NCBI GenBank assembly: GCA_001002285.1 | Contig: LCLX01000001.1 | Coordinates: forward strand, 258,302-314,894 | From: Microgenomates group bacterium GW2011_GWC1_46_15 | GTDB taxonomy: Bacteria > Patescibacteriota > Microgenomatia > UBA1400 > UBA12028 | Length of the DNA: 56,593 nt | Direction of reading: 5' to 3' | Part shown: piece after piece, positions 9,633-18,066 of the stretch | How positions within the stretch are numbered: position 1 is the stretch's first letter | Layout: each line of letters starts with the position of its first letter | Program-made: the position numbers and the translations under genes | Notes under the pieces: generated by a model | What the model was told of the DNA's origin: nothing | Seen by the model: only the letters and a program-made list of their open reading frames with translations | Databases searched by the model: none

Positions 9633-10445
9633 ATGCAGACTATTGTTTTGGGACACGATGAGCCCATATTTTGTGAACAGGAATGCCAGGACAGTGTCCG
9701 GCAGAAAAATGGCAATACTCTGCCCACGTTCACGTTATTTTCTTTGGATGACGTTTCTTTAGTACGCCATATTGAAGGATGTGTTGATCGTACGCACGCG
9801 AAACGTATAACAGTTGTCGCGAGGGCACACTCGTATACACCATTGTTTGCTGATATGACAAAACTGACGAACCAAAAACGGTTTGGTGTTACGTTTCTTG
9901 TGGTGGAAGAGCATCCGCGCGAGTCTTTTACGGTTCTTCCGCACGTTCTCGCGCTCATGGATGTGTTTGTTACACTACCGTGTTCTCTCCAGGAACTTTC
10001 TCAAACGCTGCGCGAGCTCCGCGACACAACGCAGCACCTCGCGTGTTTTATCCATGATGGCATTCCACAAACGACTGACCGCATTCCACACGTTCCGTTT
10101 GGTTCAATTCCCACGGTTCACGCGGGCGGGTCGTGTGCAGTGTTTGCGACGGGGTTTGATATTGTCCGCGCAGAAGACATGGTGTCATCGCTTGAAAAAA
10201 ACGATACTCTCACCACACTGTTATATGTTCCAACGCTCAATCCGTTTGATCGTAACGCTGTGATTTCTGCGGCAAAAGAATGTGGCGCGTGTGTGGTGAT
10301 TGAACAAGAACACTGTGTTGGCGGTTTAGCTCAGCAGATTGGTGAAACGCTCTCGCGGTACGCGCCCGTGCCTATGGAAGTGTCACGGAACATGACTGCG
10401 CTTCCGCAAACAATCAAAAAAGTGTTACAGCGCAAGCGGAAATAG
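9633..10445 (+). CDS. transketolase C-terminal-subunit-like protein, apparently degenerate
   Basis: LLYVPTLNPFDRNAVISAAKECGACVVIEQEHCVGGLAQQIGETL matches the Transketolase_C pattern (TLkPlD...vvtvEEh..GGlg). The N-terminal pyrimidine-binding region is poorly conserved. Start set at ATG 9633 (the previous gene ends at 9600); the ORF track starts at 9510. Confidence 0.6.
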   Translation: MQTIVLGHDEPIFCEQECQDSVRQKNGNTLPTFTLFSLDDVSLVRHIEGCVDRTHAKRITVVARAHSYTPLFADMTKLTNQKRFGVTFLVVEEHPRESFTVLPHVLALMDVFVTLPCSLQELSQTLRELRDTTQHLACFIHDGIPQTTDRIPHVPFGSIPTVHAGGSCAVFATGFDIVRAEDMVSSLEKNDTLTTLLYVPTLNPFDRNAVISAAKECGACVVIEQEHCVGGLAQQIGETLSRYAPVPMEVSRNMTALPQTIKKVLQRKRK

Positions 10446-11249
10446 GAAGAGAAGCAGTATGGCGAGCGCAATACGGTAGATGACAAATGGTGTGAATCCA
10501 TACTTTTTTAACAGAGGAAGCGTGGCGGAAATAGTAAAAAATGCAGTGATAAATGCGGCAATAAACCCAACCGCCGTCTGCATCAGCAGCGCCGTGGTGA
10601 GTCCCGCAGGCTCTTTGATTAATTTCAAACTTTCAAACACGGCGGCGGCGCCCATCGCGGGAATTCCTAAAATAAATGCCGTTTCAACCGCGTCATCAAA
10701 TGAAAGTTTCCGTGTGAGCGCACCAACAATCGTGATACCGGATCGCGACACACCGGGAATAACCGAGATTGCTTGAAAGATACCGACGACAATGTAGTCC
10801 CAGAACTTTAATGTGGATTTTTTTACACCATGAACAAGCGTGTGATGGAGTTTTTTTTCTGCCCACACTAATATAAACGCAATAAGAAATGTTGTAAGTG
10901 CAACAACGTGCACGCTCGCCTGCAGCTTCTCGATTGTGCTGTGGAATAACGCACCAATAATAAGAACGGGAATGGTTCCGGCCACAAACAACATCCATGT
11001 CTTTTTTTGCGATGTGGAAACTGGCGATACAAATGACTGTAAAATCTGTACAATCCGCTTCCAAAAAAACACAACAACAGCCAAGATTGCGCCCAACTGG
11101 ATCACCACATTAAAAAATAGCGATGGCTCTGTAATACCCAACAGTTTCTCGGCAATAATGAGATGGCCGGTACTGGAAACAGGAAAAAACTCGGTAACAC
11201 CTTCAATCACACCAAGCAAAAGAGAGTTCCAGAACTGCCAAATATCCAT
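10425..11249 (-). CDS. uppP: undecaprenyl-diphosphate phosphatase
   Basis: BacA/UppP signature EGVTEFFPVSSTGHL and second motif PGVSRSGITI. 274 aa, polytopic. Confidence 0.95.
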   Translation of the reverse strand: MDIWQFWNSLLLGVIEGVTEFFPVSSTGHLIIAEKLLGITEPSLFFNVVIQLGAILAVVVFFWKRIVQILQSFVSPVSTSQKKTWMLFVAGTIPVLIIGALFHSTIEKLQASVHVVALTTFLIAFILVWAEKKLHHTLVHGVKKSTLKFWDYIVVGIFQAISVIPGVSRSGITIVGALTRKLSFDDAVETAFILGIPAMGAAAVFESLKLIKEPAGLTTALLMQTAVGFIAAFITAFFTISATLPLLKKYGFTPFVIYRIALAILLLFLFPLAL

Positions 11250-11266
11250 ATCTTTAGCCTACGGGG

Positions 11267-12547
11267 TTAGAGCACGAATAACAAGATGGTTGCAGTGGAC
11301 ATGACTACGAATGTAATACCGCCCAGCACATTCGATACCAACGAATTCGCATGCTTTCCCATCACTTTTTTGTTGTTCGCAATGTGCATGATAACGAAAA
11401 TAAGCGGAGGAGAAATGACGCCATACATCACTGCGGTGTACACGAGCGCCTTGATCACGTCTACATGAAACGCGTTCATTAAAACACCAAGAAATGTAGA
11501 CACAATCATCACGATGTAAAACTTTGCCGCTTTATGAAACGGTTTATTCAGCCCCGTATCCCACCCAAACGCTTCGGAAAGGACGTACGATGAAGAACCT
11601 GCGAGCACGGGAATGGCAATCAAACCCGTACCAACGATGCCGAGCATGAACAATACATACGCAAAATCACCGGCGATTGGGCGCAGTGCCTCAGCGGCCT
11701 CTTGTGCCGTGGTGATGTTCGTGATGCCGTGCGAAAACAATGTGACTGCGGTGGTGAGAATGATAAACCACATCGTGATGTTTGAAAAAATCATGCCAAT
11801 CGTTACGTCGCCGCGCATGCGTAATAACTCGTGTTTGGTTACAATCCACCGTTCAAGTATTTTTTTCATCTTGTCTTTTTTATCTTCCACTTCGATGGAA
11901 GCCTGCCAAAAGAATAAATACGGCGAGATCGTTGTTCCCAATAGCGCAACAAGAAGCATGGCGCGGTCTTTTGTCCACACAATCGTTGGAATTGCGGTGT
12001 GTTTGAAAGCGGCGAGCCAATCAATGTGCAGACTAAACGGAACAAGAAAGTACAGCAAAAGAACGAGTGTCATCCACTTCATGTACTGTGCAAACTTGTG
12101 ATATGGAAGAAAAATAATCACGAGAATCATGAACGCCGCATACCCGAGTGCAAGCGTCCACTGCGGAATGGGGAAAACAAGATGCGTTGCGGCGGCCATG
12201 CCAGCAATGTCTACACCAATATTAATCGTGTTCGCGGTTACAACAAGCGCCGCGAGAGAAAAAAGAAGAAATGGTGGATAGTGTTTTTTCAGAACACCGG
12301 TTAATCCTTTTCCTGTTACAAGCCCGATGCGTGCGCACATCTCTTGAACTGCAATCATGAGCGGTGTTGCAAACCATGCCGTCCATAAAAACAGTGTGCC
12401 CGTTGCTGCTCCTGCCTGCGAAAATGTTGTAATGCCGGAGGGATCATCGTCTGCGGCGCCGGTAACGATGCCGGGACCAAGTGCAGAAAGCCACGCACGC
12501 AATTTTTGGCTGAGTTTCTTCACAAGTGATTTGTGGAATGATGCCAT
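11267..12547 (-). CDS. Nramp-family divalent metal cation transporter
   Basis: GPGIVTGAADDDPSGITTFSQAGAATG N-terminal Nramp motif. About 11 TM helices, 426 aa. Confidence 0.88.
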   Translation of the reverse strand: MASFHKSLVKKLSQKLRAWLSALGPGIVTGAADDDPSGITTFSQAGAATGTLFLWTAWFATPLMIAVQEMCARIGLVTGKGLTGVLKKHYPPFLLFSLAALVVTANTINIGVDIAGMAAATHLVFPIPQWTLALGYAAFMILVIIFLPYHKFAQYMKWMTLVLLLYFLVPFSLHIDWLAAFKHTAIPTIVWTKDRAMLLVALLGTTISPYLFFWQASIEVEDKKDKMKKILERWIVTKHELLRMRGDVTIGMIFSNITMWFIILTTAVTLFSHGITNITTAQEAAEALRPIAGDFAYVLFMLGIVGTGLIAIPVLAGSSSYVLSEAFGWDTGLNKPFHKAAKFYIVMIVSTFLGVLMNAFHVDVIKALVYTAVMYGVISPPLIFVIMHIANNKKVMGKHANSLVSNVLGGITFVVMSTATILLFVL

Positions 12548-12567
12548 TGTCTACTATCATAGAGAGT

Positions 12568-13239
12568 ATGAACTCTGATGTGCAATATGTGTACCGCACG
12601 CATCCCCGCGCCCGTTCCGTAAGCATTAGTATCCGCGATGGTGCGGTGGTTATAACCTCGCCGCGATTTGTCCCCCGCATGTTTGTGCAGGCGTTTGTAA
12701 AACGGTCGGAGGCGTGGATTTCCCAGCATTTGGAAAAAGCGCGCGGTGCATTTGAAAAAAAACAGAGTATGCGAAAAAAAAATACAGTGCTATTTTTGGG
12801 AAACGAGTATCAAGTTACTGTTGATGAAACACGTCCCCGTGGTATTACGGTGGAAGAAACAACGCTGTATGTGCACCCCGTAAATCGCACAGAAACATCG
12901 GTACAACGTGCTATTGAACGGTGGTACAGCGCACAGGCAGAATCGCTGATTACACGATTAGCGCACGAGTTGGCAAAGCGCATGGATGTGTCATTTGAAA
13001 ACATCCGTTTCCGAACGCAAAAAACACGGTGGGGTAGTTGTTCAATACGCGGAACGTTGTCGTTTAACCGCAAGTTGATTGGTGCGCCACGTGAGGTGAT
13101 TGAGTACGTGATTATTCACGAGCTGACGCACATTACGCACATGAATCACGGAAAAACGTTTTGGGAAAGAGTTGCGATGTTTGATCCGCTCCACAAGACA
13201 CACAAAAAATGGTTGAGAACGCACGGAGTACTTTTGTAA
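12568..13239 (+). CDS. YgjP-like (DUF45/M48-family) zinc metallohydrolase
   Basis: RWGSCS...IEYVIIHELTHITHMNHGKTFW (HExxH plus downstream H). Start set at ATG 12568; the ORF-track start 12526 would overlap the divergent Nramp gene. Confidence 0.85.
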   Translation: MNSDVQYVYRTHPRARSVSISIRDGAVVITSPRFVPRMFVQAFVKRSEAWISQHLEKARGAFEKKQSMRKKNTVLFLGNEYQVTVDETRPRGITVEETTLYVHPVNRTETSVQRAIERWYSAQAESLITRLAHELAKRMDVSFENIRFRTQKTRWGSCSIRGTLSFNRKLIGAPREVIEYVIIHELTHITHMNHGKTFWERVAMFDPLHKTHKKWLRTHGVLL

Positions 13240-13275
13240 AATCTCAGAGAGTCCTCTGAAAGGGGACTTTTGTAG
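13231..13275 (+). repeat. copy A of a conserved ~40-nt post-stop imperfect hairpin motif
   Basis: CTTTTGTAAAATCTCAGAGAGTCCTCTGAAAGGGGACTTTTGTAG aligns by eye with 51485-51535. AGTCC/GGACT stem. ACTTTTGTA occurs at both ends. Confidence 0.35.
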
Positions 13276-13281
13276 TGCGGT

Positions 13282-13953
13282 ATGATGGATATATTGAAAA
13301 TTATGGCAAAAATCTTGGAGTGGTATCGTTCGATGATGATGCAAGTTCAAAAATGGACTGCCCCGAAGCGTATGCAGATCATTCATGCTTTTGTGGTGGC
13401 GGAGGTTCTGTTTTCTTTAACGACTGTGGTATTGGTTCTGTTTGTGCCAACCAATATCCGCTTATTTGTGTTGTTATTCGCAGTTGGCAAAAAACTTGGT
13501 GTGTTGTCTGCGGGCATGCTGTGTCTCACACTCGTGCCAGGAATCATCCGGCGGTTTGGGATTCTCCCGGAACTGCGAGTCTTCCTGATGATGTTCCGTA
13601 GGCATTTTGGCATTCTCACGTATCTTTTCGCGGTAGCACACTCTCTATTAACATATTGGCTGCCGGCGCTCCGGTTTGGGTTTACACCGATTTTAACGTT
13701 TCAACTGCTTGGCATGATCGCGCTTGGATTTGGTACACCGCTATTTATTACGTCCAATGATTTTTCTGTCCGCGTTCTGCAAAAGTGGTGGGATCATGTA
13801 CACTCGCTTGTCTACCTCATGTTGTTTTTCGCTGCACTCCACACACTGTTTACCTCGCCAACAACGGGAATCCTCCTCATGGCAGTCGTTGTCCTTGAGG
13901 TGATCTCATACCTTGTACAATACAGCCATGGTCATACTGTTCCACGGGGATAA
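13282..13953 (+). CDS. ferric-reductase-like transmembrane domain protein (MsrQ/YedZ-like)
   Basis: FRRHFGILTYLFAVAHSLL and QKWWDHVHSLVYLMLFFAALH resemble the paired heme-ligand His helices of the Ferric_reduct domain. Six TM helices. Confidence 0.6.
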   Translation: MMDILKIMAKILEWYRSMMMQVQKWTAPKRMQIIHAFVVAEVLFSLTTVVLVLFVPTNIRLFVLLFAVGKKLGVLSAGMLCLTLVPGIIRRFGILPELRVFLMMFRRHFGILTYLFAVAHSLLTYWLPALRFGFTPILTFQLLGMIALGFGTPLFITSNDFSVRVLQKWWDHVHSLVYLMLFFAALHTLFTSPTTGILLMAVVVLEVISYLVQYSHGHTVPRG

Positions 13954-14611
13954 CACCACGCAGTCGCGGCAGGCATTTGTTTCCGCATTGGGCGAAGCTC
14001 AGCGCAAAGGCGAAGTTCTGCGGCTTGAAGCAAAAGCACTCAGTTTGCGAATATTAGAAGAAGCGTTGGGAACGCAGGCGCTTTTTTTTGGAAATAAAAC
14101 GGTTATCATTGAAGAGCTGTTCAGCCTGCCCAAAAGCAAAGCGAAAGACGAGTATATCAAGCAGATCGCGCAAGCCACCCATGTTGATATTTTGTTGTGG
14201 GAGTCAAAACAGCTTTCCCCTGCCCAGCTCAAAAATTTTGTGCAGGCAAAGGTACTTGGATTTAAGTTGAATCCGGTCGTGTTCGCGTGGCTTGATAGCT
14301 TGTTTCCCGGAAATCTTGCATATGCGGTCAAACTTTTGCAGGCTGCAGTGGAACGGGAGAGCGCTGAGATGTGTTTTGCCATGCTTGCCCGCCAAATCAG
14401 ATTATTGCTGTCCGTGAAAGACGGTGTCATTCCCAAACTTGCACCGTTTTCCGTTGCCAAACTGCAAAAACAAGCCCGCGTGTTTACACTGGAGCAGTTG
14501 CTTCGCGCGCATACCGCACTTGTAGATATTGACCGCCAGCAAAAAACATCAGCAACCCATCTTTCGCTTCACGCTCAGCTGGATCTTCTTATGGCAGAAC
14601 TTTTGGGGTAG
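13928..14611 (+). CDS. holA: DNA polymerase III delta subunit (short form)
   Basis: MVILFHGDN...ALFFGNKTVIIEE...DILLWESKQL...LARQIRLLLSVK...LVDIDRQQK follows the HolA pattern. Start at ATG 13928 overlaps the upstream gene by 26 nt. Confidence 0.6.
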   Translation: MVILFHGDNTTQSRQAFVSALGEAQRKGEVLRLEAKALSLRILEEALGTQALFFGNKTVIIEELFSLPKSKAKDEYIKQIAQATHVDILLWESKQLSPAQLKNFVQAKVLGFKLNPVVFAWLDSLFPGNLAYAVKLLQAAVERESAEMCFAMLARQIRLLLSVKDGVIPKLAPFSVAKLQKQARVFTLEQLLRAHTALVDIDRQQKTSATHLSLHAQLDLLMAELLG

Positions 14612-15166
14612 TTTTCGGCAATGCTCATTAAGTAGCCCTTTGATTTGTTCTTTTGAAAGCACCGCAATCACGCTATTGTTTCCAGCCTCAATGGTTGGCG
14701 GACCGAATCCGAGTTTTTCATATGTGCGGATTGAAGGAATATTGTTCTTCTTGGTTTTGAGCCAAATGGCGCGGAGCGGATGATAGGTAAAGTATGCGCG
14801 AAAGCAGGCTAGGATAAACTCTACCGCCAACCCTTTCCCACGGGCTTCAGCATACAAGCGGACGGCACACGTGAGCATGGGTTCGCGCGATGCGGGATGT
14901 TTTACTAATGCAGTTGGCGGGGCGGACTCCCCGATCCAAAAGATTCCCATCAGGCGGTTTTCTTTTTCAAGGAGCGCGTATATCGTTCTTCCTTTTTTCT
15001 TCCACACTGCGAATGACGAAAAACTGTGGAATCGGGTCGCGTCCTCCGTGTACGCCCGGACAGCATCGTCTCTTTCGGTGTACGCGATAAGCTGCTTGAT
15101 GAGCGCGGGGGTGACGTGTGATGATATAGTGTAGGAATGAAGGCGGATCGAAGCGGGCTTTTGCAT
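14549..15166 (-). CDS. GNAT-family N-acetyltransferase
   Basis: MGIFWIGE...VRLYAEARGKGLAVEFILACFRAYF...IWLKTKKNNIPSIRTYEKLGF carries the acetyl-CoA motif A (R/Q-x-x-G-x-G/A). Start set at ATG 15166; the longer ORF-track N-terminus looks non-coding. Confidence 0.75.
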   Translation of the reverse strand: MQKPASIRLHSYTISSHVTPALIKQLIAYTERDDAVRAYTEDATRFHSFSSFAVWKKKGRTIYALLEKENRLMGIFWIGESAPPTALVKHPASREPMLTCAVRLYAEARGKGLAVEFILACFRAYFTYHPLRAIWLKTKKNNIPSIRTYEKLGFGPPTIEAGNNSVIAVLSKEQIKGLLNEHCRKLPQKFCHKKIQLSVKRKMGC

Positions 15167-15172
15167 AGGCCC

Positions 15173-15178
15173 ATGATA
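15173..15178 (-). promoter_or_regulatory. -10 hexamer placed for a leaderless transcript (minus strand)
   Basis: The complement reads TATCAT, then 6 nt (GGGCCT), then ATG at 15166. No SD. Confidence 0.4.
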
Positions 15179-15244
15179 CCGCAAAAAAGGCACACGTAGG
15201 CGGACGTTCCCGCCTTGACGGAAAAGGCTGACCAGAGGTACAAT

Positions 15245-17329
15245 ATGGATGATATGAGACACGAACAACTTGGAACACGTCGTCCCACCACAAAAGAAAC
15301 AATGCTGGGACGCCGCATTAAAGCGATTCGAGAAATGGTCGAAATCCCTTTTGAAAAAGGAGTGGAACTTCGAGATCTTGAAGGAAAACTTGCGTGGTAT
15401 CAAACGCAACAAGATGCTCTTCATTTTTTTCAGCAAACACAGCGTAATCTAAATCGATTTCTTGCGACTCCGCGGCATACATTTGAACGTGCAAAACGAG
15501 GAATCGTGAAGCGTGTGACTCGAGCATTTACCCAGTACCAACGAACACATGCGGTCGTAGAGGAGCGTCGTGCGGAAGATGCTGCTAATCAGCAGGAAGA
15601 GCGTCGTGCGGCAGAGGAAACACGCATGGAAGCTCTTCTCCAAGAGTACCTCGGGTTGGATACAATGTATCGGAACGACCAGGATCTCACCATGGAAGAA
15701 GGAGCACGGTACAGTGATTTGATTGCGTACTTGAGTGTGAAGGAGACCCAAGCGCAGATTGTACAAACATACAATGAACTTTCCCGCGAATTTGCCGATG
15801 TGGCAACATCACTGGAAAGAAAAGCGAGACTTGCAACAGTTCTCGCTGTTTTTGTCGTTTTTCTCTTGGGAGCGTGTTCTGGACCAGGGTCTGTAACTCC
15901 TCCCCCCACACAAGAAGCTACAACAACGCAGGTTCAGCCTTCCGCCGAGAATCTTGATCCTACGGCGAGACAGGAGAATTCCACGCAAGTACCGGAAATC
16001 ACGCCACAGGTGGAACAAAACACGGCATCACTCCCATATACTCCAGAAGATGTATTTGCGCATCCTGAAGCGTATACTCCGGCAATCCGTATTGACGAAG
16101 CAACGCTCGTCGAAATTGCGGCGATTCCCCCCGACCAGCAACCAGACAATGCACTGATTGAGCAGTATGGATTATTGCCTGCAGGCGCACAGTTTTTCTT
16201 AGATCAGATTGCACGATTCCGCTACCTCGCCGGTGTCGCGCAAACCCAGGAAAAAGATGCGGAAGGCAATCCAAATCCAAAACCCGCAGTAACAATAAAA
16301 GATGTGTTCCTCGCCTGGAATGGCCAAGCTGGTGAAGCCAGCCGGGATGATCTCCTTGGCTTTACCGATGATGGTAAACTTGTGATCCTCACCACAACAG
16401 GACTCGTAAATGGTGCGCAGGAAACATACATGTCCGGCTCCGCATTTAACTATTGGCAGGTAAAGGGGCAAGAGTTTAATCAATACGATTGGGCATATGT
16501 TCCCATTGATGTCCCAACAGGTGATGGTGAAGTGACAGTGTATTGGAATGCGAATGGAACAGGGTATATTGTAAATACTGATCCGCAAAGTGGAAGTGTG
16601 CATGAGGTGCTTGACGTGAAAAATTCGGCAGACTTACTTTGGGTAGGAAAGCCGGAGTCTCCTCAAGATTTGAGCACACGCATTGCGATTGAAGCAAATT
16701 TTGATCCCGCCTACGGTACGTTTACACTAGGAACAGACGATCGTTATCCTGGCCAACAAGTGATGTTTCGCGATGGCAATTTGGTAGCGGTAAAAACAGA
16801 TTCAGGGTGGGAGAAAGTATACATTGGACCGTATGCGGATATTGGTGAGGGTTCTTCTTATAGGTGGGCGCGAGGTGCCGATTACCCGCATTTCTTCCCG
16901 GGTTTTTCGATCTATGCCGCAAATATTTCTCCTGTAACATTGGTAGATGTTGAAAATACGCCTGATCGATATGGTCTAAAAGTGCTTGTGTTTGGGTTTA
17001 CTGTGAACGGGAGAAACTTCTTATGGAGAGTTTCTTATAATCCGTGCAACCAAGGAAAAACAATTAGCTTCCACTCCGAAAGTTCCCCGTGGGTTATCGG
17101 AAAGGACTACCATGTCGGCCCGACAGTTATTTATGAGATTGCTGACCGTTCCAAGGTGGAAGAAGAATTTTCGGTTGATGGTCTAGGTTGTAGCCAGTTC
17201 AAGGAGATTGAGACGGCTACCGTAGAAGAAGTAAAAACATTTTTTAAAGGTCAAGATATTCAATCTGAAGGTCAACTAAGAAACTTTGGCAACGGTGTAA
17301 TTCTTACTATTGTTTTCGCACCTAACTAA
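15245..17329 (+). CDS. large single-pass membrane protein: cytoplasmic coiled-coil head, P/T/Q linker, ~450-aa ectodomain ending in a two-Cys domain
   Basis: ATG 15245 sits after AGAGGT; the ORF track starts at TTG 15215. TM helix LATVLAVFVVFLLGACSG has a lipobox-like LLGAC but lies about 190 aa from the N-terminus. No enzymatic motifs recognised. Confidence 0.7.
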   Translation: MDDMRHEQLGTRRPTTKETMLGRRIKAIREMVEIPFEKGVELRDLEGKLAWYQTQQDALHFFQQTQRNLNRFLATPRHTFERAKRGIVKRVTRAFTQYQRTHAVVEERRAEDAANQQEERRAAEETRMEALLQEYLGLDTMYRNDQDLTMEEGARYSDLIAYLSVKETQAQIVQTYNELSREFADVATSLERKARLATVLAVFVVFLLGACSGPGSVTPPPTQEATTTQVQPSAENLDPTARQENSTQVPEITPQVEQNTASLPYTPEDVFAHPEAYTPAIRIDEATLVEIAAIPPDQQPDNALIEQYGLLPAGAQFFLDQIARFRYLAGVAQTQEKDAEGNPNPKPAVTIKDVFLAWNGQAGEASRDDLLGFTDDGKLVILTTTGLVNGAQETYMSGSAFNYWQVKGQEFNQYDWAYVPIDVPTGDGEVTVYWNANGTGYIVNTDPQSGSVHEVLDVKNSADLLWVGKPESPQDLSTRIAIEANFDPAYGTFTLGTDDRYPGQQVMFRDGNLVAVKTDSGWEKVYIGPYADIGEGSSYRWARGADYPHFFPGFSIYAANISPVTLVDVENTPDRYGLKVLVFGFTVNGRNFLWRVSYNPCNQGKTISFHSESSPWVIGKDYHVGPTVIYEIADRSKVEEEFSVDGLGCSQFKEIETATVEEVKTFFKGQDIQSEGQLRNFGNGVILTIVFAPN

Positions 17330-17412
17330 TTTCCTCCATATTATGCTCCATAAAAACATTGATTTTGCTCCGAAAAGATGATTCACTTGGTCTACTGCGG
17401 AGTAAGTCATTA

Positions 17413-18066
17413 ATGAAAAAAATAATTATGTCTTCAGCGATAATAATAGCCGTTTTAGTTGCGATGATTATTTGGCAAACCGGTATTCCTGTTTTCTTGG
17501 TCTGGAAAAATTTGGAAATATTCAAAGTTTCAGATCGCTATAAAGCATTAATTAATAGACCGTCTTTAAGATTTGCCAGTAGAGAAGTGGTTGTCGATGT
17601 GGACGGAATAAAACTTTACAATAAAACTCTAATAGAAACAGTTTTATTATTTTCACGACCTCATAAATTTTTAAGTTCTGGAACTTCTTTAGATTTATTA
17701 TTTGGATTTGAGGCAAAAGATCATGCTGGGAAAATTCAGAAGTATGCATTTTGGGTTTCCCATTCGAGGTGTACAAACATAAACAGCATTGCCCTTTACC
17801 CCCGATTACCAAATAAGATTAAATCTTTAAATCTATATAACCTCGGTCTTGTAATGAATAGTTTTTCTTCAGATCTTTCAAAATTAAATTTTCTCCCCAA
17901 GGAAGGTACTTCTTGCAATCTTTACAAACAATTGCAACCAGTTATTTTAGAAGAAATTGAAAATTATTTTCAAGGAAAGGACGAGTCCAAAAAACTGAAG
18001 ATTATCGATTTGCGTAATAAGATACTAGTAGAAACTATGTATGAAGGCGGTGATCTCCAAAGATGA
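17413..18066 (+). CDS. membrane-anchored protein paralogous to the C-terminal domain of the preceding gene
   Basis: MKKIIMSSAIIIAVLVAMIIW anchor. LDLLFGFEA...FWVSHSRC...GTSCNLYKQL...LEEIENYFQGKD aligns with LKVLVFGFTV...LWRVSYNPC...GLGCSQFKEI...VEEVKTFFKGQD of 15245..17329. Very AT-rich DNA. Confidence 0.6.
   Translation: MKKIIMSSAIIIAVLVAMIIWQTGIPVFLVWKNLEIFKVSDRYKALINRPSLRFASREVVVDVDGIKLYNKTLIETVLLFSRPHKFLSSGTSLDLLFGFEAKDHAGKIQKYAFWVSHSRCTNINSIALYPRLPNKIKSLNLYNLGLVMNSFSSDLSKLNFLPKEGTSCNLYKQLQPVILEEIENYFQGKDESKKLKIIDLRNKILVETMYEGGDLQR

Noticed and set aside
14549-15436. Long N-terminal extensions offered by the ORF track: 14549..15436, 9510..10445, 46368..48095, 40668..41111, 21584..23026, 19998..20675, 20677..21561 and 12526..13239.
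   Set aside because: The extensions overlap neighbouring genes or promoters, are Cys/Phe/Arg-rich nonsense, and internal ATGs have strong SDs or the -10-N6 geometry. Conserved family N-termini begin at the internal starts.
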